A stretch of DNA of 63,989 nucleotides, the filler included, from an uncultured bacterium (GTDB lineage Bacteria > Hinthialibacterota > Hinthialibacteria > Hinthialibacterales > Hinthialibacteraceae), in assembly GCA_964449065.1 (NCBI GenBank). It is 8 parts of 8 records of this genome, joined end to end, with 100 filler letters (N's around TTAATTAATTAA, not from the genome) between each part and the next. Parts side by side here need not be neighbours in the genome. Positions count along the whole stretch, not along the records: positions 49,863 to 58,016 come from CAYVAZ010000230.1; positions 58,117 to 63,989 come from CAYVAZ010000326.1; 6 more parts are not named here. One strand, given 5' to 3'. Shown here piece after piece: positions 51,301 through 61,378 of this stretch (position 1 is the first letter of the stretch; every line of letters starts with the position of its first letter). The notes under the pieces are model-generated. The model had not been told where the DNA came from and ran no database searches. It saw only the letters and a list, made by a program, of their open reading frames with translations. The translations under genes were made by a program, and so were the position numbers.

Positions 51301-52641
51301 TTAAACCAACACTCCCGGTAATTTTCCAGTGCTGTCGGCAAAGCGTTCAACCGGTGTGCCGAAGGCATCCAACATGCTGACATACAGGTTCGACAGCGGA
51401 GTATCTTTTTCATATTTGAGGTGCTTGCCGGTATCGATTTTTCCACCGCCTCTGCCGCCTAATAGAACCGGCAGGTTGTGCGGCGAATGGCGGTCGCCAT
51501 CGTTTAGGTCTGAGATAAAGAGGACCATCGAGTTATCCAGCAGGGTGGATTCGCCCTCTTGAATTTGGCTCATGCGTTCCAGCATGTAGTTGTACTGCTC
51601 CACATGCCATTCGGCGATCCGTTGGTATTGTGTCAAATTCTCCTCTTTCTTTTGATGGTGCGAGACAGAGTGGTGTCCGCTTTTAACGCCATCCAGGAAC
51701 GAAAAGTTCTTGTTGCTGACTGAGTTGCCGAACATAAAGGTCGATATGCGGGTAATATCGGTTTGATACCCCAGGATCATCATGTCAATCATCAATTTGC
51801 AGTGATCCGCATGGTTGGCAGGGATTCCTTCATCCGGTTTGTCTGCCGGGTTGATATCGGATAACGGTTCCCAATGGTTTTGTTCCGGATCATTGGCGCG
51901 TTCGATGCGTTCTTCGATGGAGCGAACGGAATGGAGGTATTCATCCAATCGCTGTTTGTCGTTTGCTCCCAGCTTGCGGCTTAGTTGGTTGGCATCCTCC
52001 AACACGAGATCCAACAGCGGTTTGTCTTGTTTGGCTTTATCACCGGTTTGATTGGCGGCACGGAACAGTCGTTCGTAGACCAACCACGGATTGATTTCCT
52101 TGGCAAGCGGACTGGTGGGAGTACGCCACGCGATGTGCGCGCCGTATACACGAGTATAACCGACCGCCGCGTCAACGCCGGTGCGGACGGGTTCGGTTCC
52201 CAACTCAAGCGAAGGCAATGGGGTTTGCCCTTTGGTATGTTTTGCCATCAACTGATCGAGCGAGATTCCATTGCTGTTGATATCCATACCCACGGTTTTG
52301 TTGATCGTGGTGCCGGTTAACACACCGGCGGTTTTTACGTAGTGACCGTCGCCGGTGTTGCTGGCTTGGTTCCACAGGTTAGTGAGAACCAATGTGTTGT
52401 CTTTCATTTTGCCGAGTGGCTCTAAACACGGGGTGAGATCGTAATCCCGTCCTACCTTTTGCGGAGTCCAGTATTGAGGAAAGGTGCCGTTGGGCATAAA
52501 CAGCACACCAAGACGCACCGGGTATTTTTGGGCGGCAGCGGCGCGTGTCGGCATCATGGCTTCCAGCCAAGGCAGGGAGAGCGCGGCGCCTGCACCTTTC
52601 AATAGCGTTCTTCTGGAAAGTGGTTGAACGGATCGGCTCAT
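51301..52641 (-). CDS. DUF1552 (HXXSHH) Tat protein
   Basis: LSRRTLLKGAGAALSLPWLEAM; HHSVSHH; TLLDNS. Confidence 0.92.
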   Translation of the reverse strand: MSRSVQPLSRRTLLKGAGAALSLPWLEAMMPTRAAAAQKYPVRLGVLFMPNGTFPQYWTPQKVGRDYDLTPCLEPLGKMKDNTLVLTNLWNQASNTGDGHYVKTAGVLTGTTINKTVGMDINSNGISLDQLMAKHTKGQTPLPSLELGTEPVRTGVDAAVGYTRVYGAHIAWRTPTSPLAKEINPWLVYERLFRAANQTGDKAKQDKPLLDLVLEDANQLSRKLGANDKQRLDEYLHSVRSIEERIERANDPEQNHWEPLSDINPADKPDEGIPANHADHCKLMIDMMILGYQTDITRISTFMFGNSVSNKNFSFLDGVKSGHHSVSHHQKKEENLTQYQRIAEWHVEQYNYMLERMSQIQEGESTLLDNSMVLFISDLNDGDRHSPHNLPVLLGGRGGGKIDTGKHLKYEKDTPLSNLYVSMLDAFGTPVERFADSTGKLPGVLV

Positions 52642-52811
52642 CGGTATATTCTCCTTTGCAAAACACAGAGCGTAAACGCCCTTAAACCTATACTATACAC
52701 GCAAAGTATAGGGTTTGGCAAGCAGAAAAGTGAAGCCTTTTCTCCCCCAAGTTTGGGGAAGACACAGAGTTCACCTCCAAGTCGATACATCTTGCCGGGC
52801 GCACCGCCAAC

Positions 52812-52843
52812 AAAAAAGGCCTCTCTGAGGGAGGCCTTTTTTT
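52812..52843. terminator. rho-independent terminator
   Basis: AAAAAAGGCCTCTC-TGAG-GGAGGCCTTTTTTT. Confidence 0.75.
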
Positions 52844-52875
52844 AGTACTCTGCAAAAAACTTAAGCGGTGTAACA

Positions 52876-53535
52876 TTAGTCGCTTAGGTTTCCACCACCG
52901 GTCATATATACATCCCCGATACTTTGAAGACCGTTTGTAGTATTATACGGAATACCGCGTTCCGATGTAATACCGGAAGCGCTTCCTGCTATGCCGTCAG
53001 GGCCTAAACCAACCAAACCAAAATCGCCGGTTTGCATTGGCTGCAAGCCATTCTGTTCCGCAACGGGAGAATTGAATCCCGCGATCCCTTGGTTTCTTCC
53101 CGGAATCTTCGGATCAACATCGGCATAAATATAAGTGGTGTAACCACTACCAAACCCACGGCTGTCTTGATCAGTTAATTTCGATATAAACGGATCAATC
53201 GGCACAGAAGACATATAGGAAATCGGGCTGGTTAATACAGCCAAGTAATGGGTTGTCGTTCTCTCTGCTTCCGGAAAGTCTCCAACGCCGTTAAAGACAT
53301 CGGCAAGAATTTCGCGGCCTTCAGAGGTATCGTCATCCCACCCGTCAATCGGCAAATGGTTGGTATCCAATTGCAGCATCTTGACACTGGTCACGATAGA
53401 TTTCATGTCGGCAAAACTTCTCGCGACCTTTGCGCGTACCTGCGCGTTCAAAAAGTTCGGCACGGCAATGGCAGCCAAGATTCCAATAATGGCAACAACA
53501 ATCAACAATTCAATCAGTGTAAATCCTTTTTTCAT
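52876..53535 (-). CDS. type IV pilin/GspG-like prepilin
   Basis: MKKGFTLIELLIVVAIIGILAAIAVPNFLNAQVRAKV. Confidence 0.88.
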   Translation of the reverse strand: MKKGFTLIELLIVVAIIGILAAIAVPNFLNAQVRAKVARSFADMKSIVTSVKMLQLDTNHLPIDGWDDDTSEGREILADVFNGVGDFPEAERTTTHYLAVLTSPISYMSSVPIDPFISKLTDQDSRGFGSGYTTYIYADVDPKIPGRNQGIAGFNSPVAEQNGLQPMQTGDFGLVGLGPDGIAGSASGITSERGIPYNTTNGLQSIGDVYMTGGGNLSD

Positions 53536-53735
53536 ATTCCTTCCCCTTAAATTATATTTGTATTAATCATCATATCTTTTTTTGGAGAAAAGATATTGAT
53601 AGATCAGTAAAAAATACTACTTTTTACAATTGAACTCAATATCTACGCTTTGATCTCACAAAGAAAAGCATAAATAAACCATGCGAACGCATGGTCTTTC
53701 GATTCAATAACACATTTTCCATAATAAGTTATAAT

Positions 53736-54410
53736 CTAATCACTGAGATCCCCACTGCTCAACATATAGATATCACCCAGGCTGTTTAGACCGTTAGATG
53801 AATTGTAGGGTGTTCCCCGTTCTGACGTTATTCCCGCCGCGCTGCCGGCAATCGCATCCGGGCCCAATCCCACCAATCCAAATTCATTTTTCTGCATACA
53901 GGGGACACCGATTGTTTCACATACCGGCATCTCAAACCCTGCAATGTTCATGTTATTGCTATTGTTGGTTGTTGGAGGAACATGCGGGTCCCAATCCGCA
54001 TAGATATAGGTGGTATATCCGCTGCCGAAACCCCGGCTGCCTTGATCGTTCATTTTCGAGATGAACGGATCGACCGGTACGGATGACATATATGAAATCG
54101 GGCTGGTTAATACCGCCAAATAATGAGTGGTAGTCCGTTGCGCCTCCGGAAAATCACCAACACCGTTAAACACTTCTTTCAAAATATCACGGCCTTCAGA
54201 GGTATCATCATCCCAACCGTCAATCGGCAAGTGGTTGGTATCCAATTGCAGCATTTTCACACTGGTCACAACAGATTTCATATCGGCAAAACTCCTTGCT
54301 ACCTTTGCCCGAACCTGTGCGTTTAAAAAGTTTGGCACGGCAATAGCAGCCAAAATCCCGATAATAGCGACAACAATCAACAGCTCGATTAAAGTGAATC
54401 CCCGTTTCAT
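53736..54410 (-). CDS. type IV pilin/GspG-like prepilin, tandem paralogue
   Basis: Same N-methylation motif; nearly identical to 52876-53535 over the first ~140 aa. Confidence 0.88.
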   Translation of the reverse strand: MKRGFTLIELLIVVAIIGILAAIAVPNFLNAQVRAKVARSFADMKSVVTSVKMLQLDTNHLPIDGWDDDTSEGRDILKEVFNGVGDFPEAQRTTTHYLAVLTSPISYMSSVPVDPFISKMNDQGSRGFGSGYTTYIYADWDPHVPPTTNNSNNMNIAGFEMPVCETIGVPCMQKNEFGLVGLGPDAIAGSAAGITSERGTPYNSSNGLNSLGDIYMLSSGDLSD

Positions 54411-54524
54411 GTTTCTCCTCCCATCATAACAAAACGCCGTGGTAAAAAACTGAATTCTATAGATACAATTTAATTTTACAAAAAGTATGGACTGTTTTAT
54501 AGGGAGGAATAGGAAAAAATAAAA

Positions 54525-56453
54525 TTATAACGATAGAGATTCAAGTAAGATGGGAATTTCACCGGAATTGGTAACTTCATCGTCCGCGTTAATGCATTGT
54601 ATCTTAACCCAATACTGCCGGTCAGGTGTCAAGCCGGAAACCACGGCTTGATGGTAAATCACATTCCGTTCGTCACCATGAATAACCCGGTTGAACACAA
54701 TTGGACTCTCTGAAACAAATACCCGGGAATGAGAAGGCATGTCCGTCTGCCAATACAGCACCACTTCATCAGCATCAACCTGCTGCATACGGATACCGGA
54801 AATCCGGTTCCATTTCCGGGGCTCCTCCCCCAACAGCACATGTGGAAATTGCCCCCGTATTTCCGAGAGTAAAGATGCCGCTTTCTCTCTTTGCGCGGAC
54901 GCCACCCCACTCTGCTCCGGCTGCAGCAGCGCCTCCAATTTTTGAAGATGGGCTTCGAGATGCAGGGCTTCCCGTTCATCTTTCGTTTGTTTCCATAGCA
55001 AAAATCCCAACTGAGACTGAAGCGTATAATGACGGATGGTGGTTTGATCTTGTAAGATTTGAATACTGGAAATCAAATTCTCATAAATCTTCGGCCGCAT
55101 AACGGACTTCAAGGATTCTTCCGCTTGTGACAAAGAACGCCGGCACCATTCCACAATCTCGAAATGGTCTTGGGCCGTATCAATCAAAAGTTGTGTATCC
55201 GGATTGTTGAGTTTTAATTTTAAATAGCGTACGGTTTCCGGAGAAACATCCGCATCCACAGTTACCGTTCGAAGTTTTTCAACCGGGTCTTCTTCTAGCG
55301 AATGCCGCGTGCCTTCTTCCAACATCCGCCGCAGCATTCTGCCTTCATCAGAAACCGGCATAACGCTTAATGTGTCTTGCATCCAATCATCCCAAAAAGC
55401 GTCAATCCATTTCATTCCCGGCGACCAATTCACAAACGCCTTCCAGTTAACGCCATTCACGCTGCTCCAAATATACGCATCATCCGCCTGTGCCACATCT
55501 ACCAGCACGCCGGCATAATCCTCGCGGTTTACGGCCCGAAATGAAGTTTTTATGTCTTGAGAAAAAGCATAAAAGGGCGCCTGCTTGTAATCACCGGTTA
55601 AATCCGCCAACCAATAAACCGGTAGATCCGTCTGGAATAAATGAACGGCTCTGTTGGGTTTTGATGAGGTAAGGACGGCAATCCGGCTATCACGTAAAGA
55701 TTGAATGGCCTTGACAACAAAATCAGTTTCCGGCTTGGAAGAAGGAATATTCACTATTAATTGCTTACCGAATTCATCCACCACCACTTGCTGAATCATT
55801 TTAACCACAAACGCAATCCGCCCGGCAGAAGTAATTTGACGGGATTGAACGGTCGCGGCTTCCCACGGAGGAAGTGGCGCGTCATCAAAGGACAGAACGA
55901 TGCCGTCCAAATCCGGCACCCGGCGCATCAAATTACGGTACGCGGTTTGCCGGGCCGCCGTAGATGGAGCATCCGGTTCGAATACAAACATGGATCCTTC
56001 AACACTTAATTCCCGCGTCCATAAAAAAATATTGGTATTGTGATTGGTTGCGGTTTGTACCGCCCCCCGTAGATTTTGCAGTTGATCCGGATTATACAAG
56101 AGCATATCGACCGAACGCATATTTTGATCTTTCAATACAACCATATCGACCGATTGAAAACCGCTTTGTCCGGTCAACTCACGCATTGACTGGGGATGAA
56201 CGCGGTTCAAGACCACTCCTTTTTGAAACCGGTCAACCGCCGCGACTTCCGCGGGAGGGGTATCGGCGTCTTCATCCAAGCGGCTTGGCGGAATGGAAGG
56301 CGAAGGCTCTTGCGCGGCAGGATCGGTCTCCAAAGCGGAGGGTTGCCGTATATCTGGACGTTGGGGTGTACTGGAACAGGCCGTCAACAAAACGATAGCC
56401 GCCATCACCGGAACAAGAGTTTTATAAGGAAAATAAATTAAACGCCGTGTCAT
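54525..56453 (-). CDS. lipoprotein with C-terminal FN3-like domain
   Basis: LTAC lipobox; WQTDMPS...H.AVVSGLTP...Y. Confidence 0.65.
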   Translation of the reverse strand: MTRRLIYFPYKTLVPVMAAIVLLTACSSTPQRPDIRQPSALETDPAAQEPSPSIPPSRLDEDADTPPAEVAAVDRFQKGVVLNRVHPQSMRELTGQSGFQSVDMVVLKDQNMRSVDMLLYNPDQLQNLRGAVQTATNHNTNIFLWTRELSVEGSMFVFEPDAPSTAARQTAYRNLMRRVPDLDGIVLSFDDAPLPPWEAATVQSRQITSAGRIAFVVKMIQQVVVDEFGKQLIVNIPSSKPETDFVVKAIQSLRDSRIAVLTSSKPNRAVHLFQTDLPVYWLADLTGDYKQAPFYAFSQDIKTSFRAVNREDYAGVLVDVAQADDAYIWSSVNGVNWKAFVNWSPGMKWIDAFWDDWMQDTLSVMPVSDEGRMLRRMLEEGTRHSLEEDPVEKLRTVTVDADVSPETVRYLKLKLNNPDTQLLIDTAQDHFEIVEWCRRSLSQAEESLKSVMRPKIYENLISSIQILQDQTTIRHYTLQSQLGFLLWKQTKDEREALHLEAHLQKLEALLQPEQSGVASAQREKAASLLSEIRGQFPHVLLGEEPRKWNRISGIRMQQVDADEVVLYWQTDMPSHSRVFVSESPIVFNRVIHGDERNVIYHQAVVSGLTPDRQYWVKIQCINADDEVTNSGEIPILLESLSL

Positions 56454-56471
56454 GTTTTTTCTCTCCGGAAC

Positions 56472-57605
56472 TTACCGGTCTGGAAACAGTTGCCGTAAAT
56501 AAGAGTATAGATTTTCTGCCAAGACAGGCAATGAATATTTTTCTTCCACGGTTCGCCTGGCGTTTCTACCCAAAGAACCGCGCAACTCCTGCGAACGCGC
56601 CAAGCGGACGATCCCTTCCGCCATTTCACTTTCCGTGCGGATTAAATACCCCGAATGCTGATGATCGATCACGTGAGCCGCTTCACCAACCGCGGAAGCA
56701 ATCACCGGCAACCCGCTGGCCATATACTCAAACAGCTTGGTCGGACTCTTGCATTGCAGCCACATATCATTGCCCATCACCGGCAGCAAACCAATATCGG
56801 CGGATTGCAATATGGAAGGCATTTCTTGAGGAGACACCCATCCCGTCAATTCAATCGGCAAAGACGAATAATCGGAAGCGATTTTCTTCGACAGCCTATC
56901 CCATTCCGAACCACCGCCAACCAACAAAAGCCGCAGCGATTGAATTTCGGAATGAGCATACTCAAATGCTTTCAACAAGAACAACAGGTTTTGCAGGATG
57001 GGTTCTCCCCAAACCAACCCGTTCCAAAGCAAGGTAATACCATTTTGTGGTGTGTAATTCGGTTTGGGAGAAAAAGACGTAATATCCACACCTGTTGGAA
57101 TATAACAGACATTCTCATGCCGTGCCTTCATATAATCCAGTAGGACATGGCTAGCGGCCACACAGCCGCTCGCGTTTTCGATCAACCGGTGGGTAATGTC
57201 ATCCCACTTATTGGTACCGAAAAAGAGGCGGTTCCACACCCCCCGGTGAAAAAAATTGGATAGCGGAATATCAAAATCATCGTAATCAAAAATATAATTA
57301 GGCGCAAACCCAAGCCGGTGCAGTAAGTACATCGCGGCGGAATGGTAATGGGCTTTTTGCATATAAAGCACCGATTGCTTTTCGCCCAACAATCTCGCCA
57401 CTCCTTTTATGGTAAGTCGAAGCTTCGTCCGGTCCTTGAGATTGTACATATCGGCTTCACTACATTGAGGAGCGAGATCATCCCGGTAAGACAGCACCGC
57501 CGCTTCAATACCCGGCATCGTTGACAGCATTTTGGCAAAATGATAACAGCGCACCCGGGTGTGGGGATAGCCGTACCCGTTATGCCCTATGAAAACAATT
57601 CGCAT
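56472..57605 (-). CDS. GT4 glycosyltransferase
   Basis: IPTGVD, ADIGLLP, KSPTKLFEYMASGLPVIASAVG. Confidence 0.9.
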   Translation of the reverse strand: MRIVFIGHNGYGYPHTRVRCYHFAKMLSTMPGIEAAVLSYRDDLAPQCSEADMYNLKDRTKLRLTIKGVARLLGEKQSVLYMQKAHYHSAAMYLLHRLGFAPNYIFDYDDFDIPLSNFFHRGVWNRLFFGTNKWDDITHRLIENASGCVAASHVLLDYMKARHENVCYIPTGVDITSFSPKPNYTPQNGITLLWNGLVWGEPILQNLLFLLKAFEYAHSEIQSLRLLLVGGGSEWDRLSKKIASDYSSLPIELTGWVSPQEMPSILQSADIGLLPVMGNDMWLQCKSPTKLFEYMASGLPVIASAVGEAAHVIDHQHSGYLIRTESEMAEGIVRLARSQELRGSLGRNARRTVEEKYSLPVLAENLYSYLRQLFPDR

Positions 57606-57643
57606 ACCGCTACTCAGTCCACAAGAAAAAGCCGAACTTCATA

Positions 57644-58016
57644 TCAACCATCCCCTTCCCGGTTCACGGTGGGAGGATCACCCGGTTGAATAAACGTATC
57701 TTCCGGCACCACTGGGACCGTTTCGGTGACTGAACCGGTCCCTTCCGGTAATGGAATTTGTTCATAGGCATCCGGCAAACCGCTGTTATCAACGGGGTTT
57801 GTTTCATTGCTGGTGGTTTCAGCCTCTGGCACGGTAGAGGCCGCCTCAAAATATTGGGCATAATCCGGCCCCATCAGTTCTTTCACACGGGGGTCTCTCA
57901 AAAAGAATTCTTTCCAAGGCGCATTTAAATCGTGTTGAACAATTAAGTCTTTTAGATCATTTCCTTTTTGCCGAATCGCTTCCGCTACCACTGGAAACAC
58001 CTCATTCCAGGAATGA
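57644..58016 (-). CDS. C-terminal fragment of an unknown protein (truncated)
   Basis: Frame runs to the contig end; Pro/Glu-rich tail. Confidence 0.45.
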
Positions 58017-58145
58017 NNNNNNNNNNNNNNNNNNNNNNNNNNNNNNNNNNNNNNNNNNNNTTAATTAATTAANNNNNNNNNNNNNNNNNNNNNNNNNNNN
58101 NNNNNNNNNNNNNNNNCGAGATTTGTAATTTGTACTGTTTGTATC

Positions 58146-59855
58146 TTGTGTTTCATACCGTTTAGCGCCATAAACGCCGTAACAGATGACCTCAAAGAAC
58201 TCAAGAAATTGCTTCATGGCCGGATGGGCCGGGAAGCTACGGTGGTAACATTTATGGGAGTTTCATGCCCGGTATCCAACCGTTATGTACCCCGCTTGAA
58301 TGAATTGTCCAAGACTTATGGCAGCCAAGGGATTGCCTTCATTGGGTTTAACTCCAATCCGGGTGAAACGGCTTTAGAAACGGCTCTTCATGCGGAAAAA
58401 TACGATCTCCATTTTCCTGTCTATAAAGATGTTCATCACAACGCCGCGGATTATTTTGGCGCCCAAAAAACACCGGAAGTCTTTCTCATCGATAAACAGG
58501 GCGCGATTCAATACGAAGGGCGGATAGACGGGCAATACGGTGTCGGGCACGCCACGCTGCCGAAACAAGGACGTTATGACCTAAAGGTCGCGATCGATGA
58601 AGTGCTGGCGGGCAAAAAAGTCAGCCAGCCCAAAACACAAGCCATCGGTTGTGTATTGACCCGTGATTATGATTCACAACCCGAAATTACTTACAGCAAG
58701 CATATATCCCGCATCATGCAAAACAACTGCCAAACATGCCACCGGCCGGATGGCGTCGCCGAATTTTATCCCTGGATGGATTATGACGATGTGCGCGCTA
58801 TGGCAGGGATGATTAAGCAAGTTGTGATCGAAGAGCGTATGCCGCCTTGGCACGCCGACCCCCGGTACGGGGTGTTTTCCAATGACCGCAGTATGAGCAA
58901 GGAAGATAGAAACGCTCTCATCGCCTGGGTTGATGCCGGCAGCCCGGAAGGGGATACAGCCAATTTGCCGGAACCGAAAACCTACCCATCCCAACACTTT
59001 ACCATTGGTGAACCGGATCATATCATCAGGATGCCGCAAGAATTTGATGTCCCGGCGGACGGCGTTGTGGATTATCAATACTTCATGATTGAGCAAGAAG
59101 TGAAAGAAGATTTGTGGATTCAAAAGGCCGAGGCCATTATGGACAGCCCCGCCGTGCACCACATCATTTTGTTTTGGGTTCCGCCGGGTGGCGATCCCCG
59201 CAAAAACCGAAACATGTTAGTCGGTACCGCGCCCGGAGATATGCCGCTCGATTTGCCGGACGGCATGGCGATTCATGTCCCAAAAGGCTCACGGTTTTTG
59301 ATTGAGATGCATTACACGCCCATCGGCCGCCCCGTGACCGACCGTTCGTTTATCGGCTTGATCAAGGCAAAAGAAGAGGTTGACCGGGTTGTGTATGGCA
59401 ATCCGATGGGGAGACACGACTTTTCCATCCCCCCGGGGAAAGCCGATCATAAAGAAATTTCCAAATTCAACGTTCTGGAAGACATTGAAGTGGTTTCGTT
59501 TATGCCGCACATGCACGTTCGGGGCAAAAGTTGGAAGTACACGGCTCTCTATCCGGACGGCCGCGAAGAGGTTTTGCTGTATGTCCCCAACTACGATTTC
59601 AATTGGCAAAGCGTGTACATGTACGAAAAAAACCCGGTGCTGCCCAAAGGCACAACGATTGTTTGTGAAGCGGTATGGGATAACTCAGCGGAGAACCCCT
59701 ACAACCCCGACCCAGCAAAGACCGTACGTTACGGAGAACAAACTTGGGAAGAAATGATGTTCGGTTTTATGCAATATGTTCACGTGGATAAGAAGTTTCA
59801 AGACAACCGCGCCCTATCGAGGATGGATGGCAAAAAGAAAAGAAAGCGGTCGTAA
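58146..59855 (+). CDS. redoxin + c-type haem + copper type II monooxygenase-like fusion protein
   Basis: SCPVS, TPEVF, CQTCH, MPPW, VHHIIL, MPHMH.RGK, YDFNWQ, EMM; start uncertain near contig edge. Confidence 0.82.
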   Translation: MCFIPFSAINAVTDDLKELKKLLHGRMGREATVVTFMGVSCPVSNRYVPRLNELSKTYGSQGIAFIGFNSNPGETALETALHAEKYDLHFPVYKDVHHNAADYFGAQKTPEVFLIDKQGAIQYEGRIDGQYGVGHATLPKQGRYDLKVAIDEVLAGKKVSQPKTQAIGCVLTRDYDSQPEITYSKHISRIMQNNCQTCHRPDGVAEFYPWMDYDDVRAMAGMIKQVVIEERMPPWHADPRYGVFSNDRSMSKEDRNALIAWVDAGSPEGDTANLPEPKTYPSQHFTIGEPDHIIRMPQEFDVPADGVVDYQYFMIEQEVKEDLWIQKAEAIMDSPAVHHIILFWVPPGGDPRKNRNMLVGTAPGDMPLDLPDGMAIHVPKGSRFLIEMHYTPIGRPVTDRSFIGLIKAKEEVDRVVYGNPMGRHDFSIPPGKADHKEISKFNVLEDIEVVSFMPHMHVRGKSWKYTALYPDGREEVLLYVPNYDFNWQSVYMYEKNPVLPKGTTIVCEAVWDNSAENPYNPDPAKTVRYGEQTWEEMMFGFMQYVHVDKKFQDNRALSRMDGKKKRKRS

Positions 59856-59912
59856 ACCAAACGATGTAAGTTGAATCGTCTTGTCGTGAATAAGGATGAA
59901 TGTAGATCATTG

Positions 59913-60071
59913 GAAAAAACGCGGATCAAAGATTAGCGGATCAATATTCGGATGTCTTCCAGAGACTTGGCTTGTCTGCAAAGACAGGCAAACCGTTTTG
60001 GAATGCCCTACCAAACCTTGATATCCAGCGTGCTGCACCGCTACGTCACCGGGGATTTAAAAGAGAAGTAA
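59913..60071 (+). pseudogene. BrnA/CopG-like antitoxin remnant
   Basis: KD*RINIRMSSRDL...GMPYQTLISSVLHRYVTG with TAG at 59934-59936. Confidence 0.65.
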
Positions 60072-60178
60072 TTTTCCGGCCAATCTTAAAGGCAGACTTT
60101 GCTTGCCTTTGGCAGCCAAACAGCCTTCTTGAAACTTTCCAAATTTATCCACGTAATGGTTGATTTTGATCACACCAA

Positions 60179-61333
60179 CTACCGCAACTTCACCTGCTTC
60201 ATCAATTTCCGCAGGGATTCAAGGTTTTGCTTCCGCTCAGGATCAGCGAAATGCTCGCGGACGGGGGCGAGCAAGTCGATCAGGCTCTGCGAGACCGCCG
60301 CTTTTAAATCCATGGGGTGGAGTTCTTTCTTACCAAAGCAGTCGGTGAGTTCTTCGTAGGTCTCAAAAGTCAGGTTGCCGCCGTGTTCTTCCTTACGCTC
60401 AATATGCAGCGGGCCGCGGTGCAGCCCGAATACCATGCGCTTGGTCCAATCCAGTACCGGGTTGAAGCCCACTTCGCCTTCGGGGCAGAAGGCCTTTTTG
60501 ATTTTGCGCTTGATGTCGTCCGGCTCATCGGTGACAAACACAGCCGTATCCGGCTTGGATTTGCTCATCTTCATCTTGGCCAGCATGTCTTTAACCTTTT
60601 CAGGCTCAATCGGCCATACCGGGGGCTTGCCCAGCCCCACCAGCAGCGGGTGATGAATGGCGACCGGCGTGATCTTTTTGCCGTCGTGCGTCAGCGGCAG
60701 GGTTTTCATCTGGTTCGCCACATTGGTTGCCAGCACATGCGCTTTGCGCTGATCCATGCCCGCGTGCATGATATTCACCCCCAGCGCGTAGACATCGGCC
60801 ACCTGCATGGGCGGGTAGATCAACTTGGCGAAATCAACCGCGTCGCCTTCCTCACGTCCCATAATGGTAATCGAACGCAGAATCCGCTTGAGCGAAGTGT
60901 TCTTGCACACTTCAATAAACGCCGTCCAAAATTCGGGTTTGTTGTTGTAGAGTTCAGAGCCCAGCACGACATTAAGTTGCTCCGGGTCGCCGCCCAGCGC
61001 TTTTAAACAGGCTTTGAGGCCTTCGGCAAAATAGCCGTATGCCACGTTTCGAATGGTTTCAACATCGCCGCCCAGTTTGTCGTTAATCCAACTGTGGTAA
61101 TCGGCCAAAAACAGCGTGCATTCCACCCCCGCCTTTTGCAGGTTCGCCACCACCGACATGCATTGAATGCCGGTGCCGAGATGAATCTCGCCGGATATCT
61201 CAAAGCCGATGTAATGGCGCAGGGGAACATCTTTCTCCAAATACTCTTGCAGGCGTTCTTCGGTCAGAATTTCTTCGGTGAATTCTTTGATCAAGTCAAA
61301 GCGTTCTTGAGTGCTGATGGCCGTTGTTGTCAT
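60179..61333 (-). CDS. tyrS: tyrosyl-tRNA synthetase, archaeal type
   Basis: HYIGFEISGEIHLGTG, ADYHSWINDKLGGD, LIYPPMQVAD, AGMDQRKAH, KMSKSKP, AFCP, LHPMDLK; 384 aa, no S4 domain. Confidence 0.95.
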   Translation of the reverse strand: MTTTAISTQERFDLIKEFTEEILTEERLQEYLEKDVPLRHYIGFEISGEIHLGTGIQCMSVVANLQKAGVECTLFLADYHSWINDKLGGDVETIRNVAYGYFAEGLKACLKALGGDPEQLNVVLGSELYNNKPEFWTAFIEVCKNTSLKRILRSITIMGREEGDAVDFAKLIYPPMQVADVYALGVNIMHAGMDQRKAHVLATNVANQMKTLPLTHDGKKITPVAIHHPLLVGLGKPPVWPIEPEKVKDMLAKMKMSKSKPDTAVFVTDEPDDIKRKIKKAFCPEGEVGFNPVLDWTKRMVFGLHRGPLHIERKEEHGGNLTFETYEELTDCFGKKELHPMDLKAAVSQSLIDLLAPVREHFADPERKQNLESLRKLMKQVKLR

Positions 61334-61378
61334 CGGTGATCGCCGTCAAATGGGATTGGGTTTGTTAAAAAGATAAAG

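Noticed and set aside
8259..58116. Regularly spaced TTAATTAATTAA motif every ~8.2 kb
   Set aside because: Artificial six-frame-stop linker between length-sorted contigs
60179..61333. Tryptophanyl-tRNA synthetase
   Set aside because: Tyr-pocket motifs (YIGFE, YP.MQ..D, G.DQ) and the adjacent tRNA-Tyr support TyrRS
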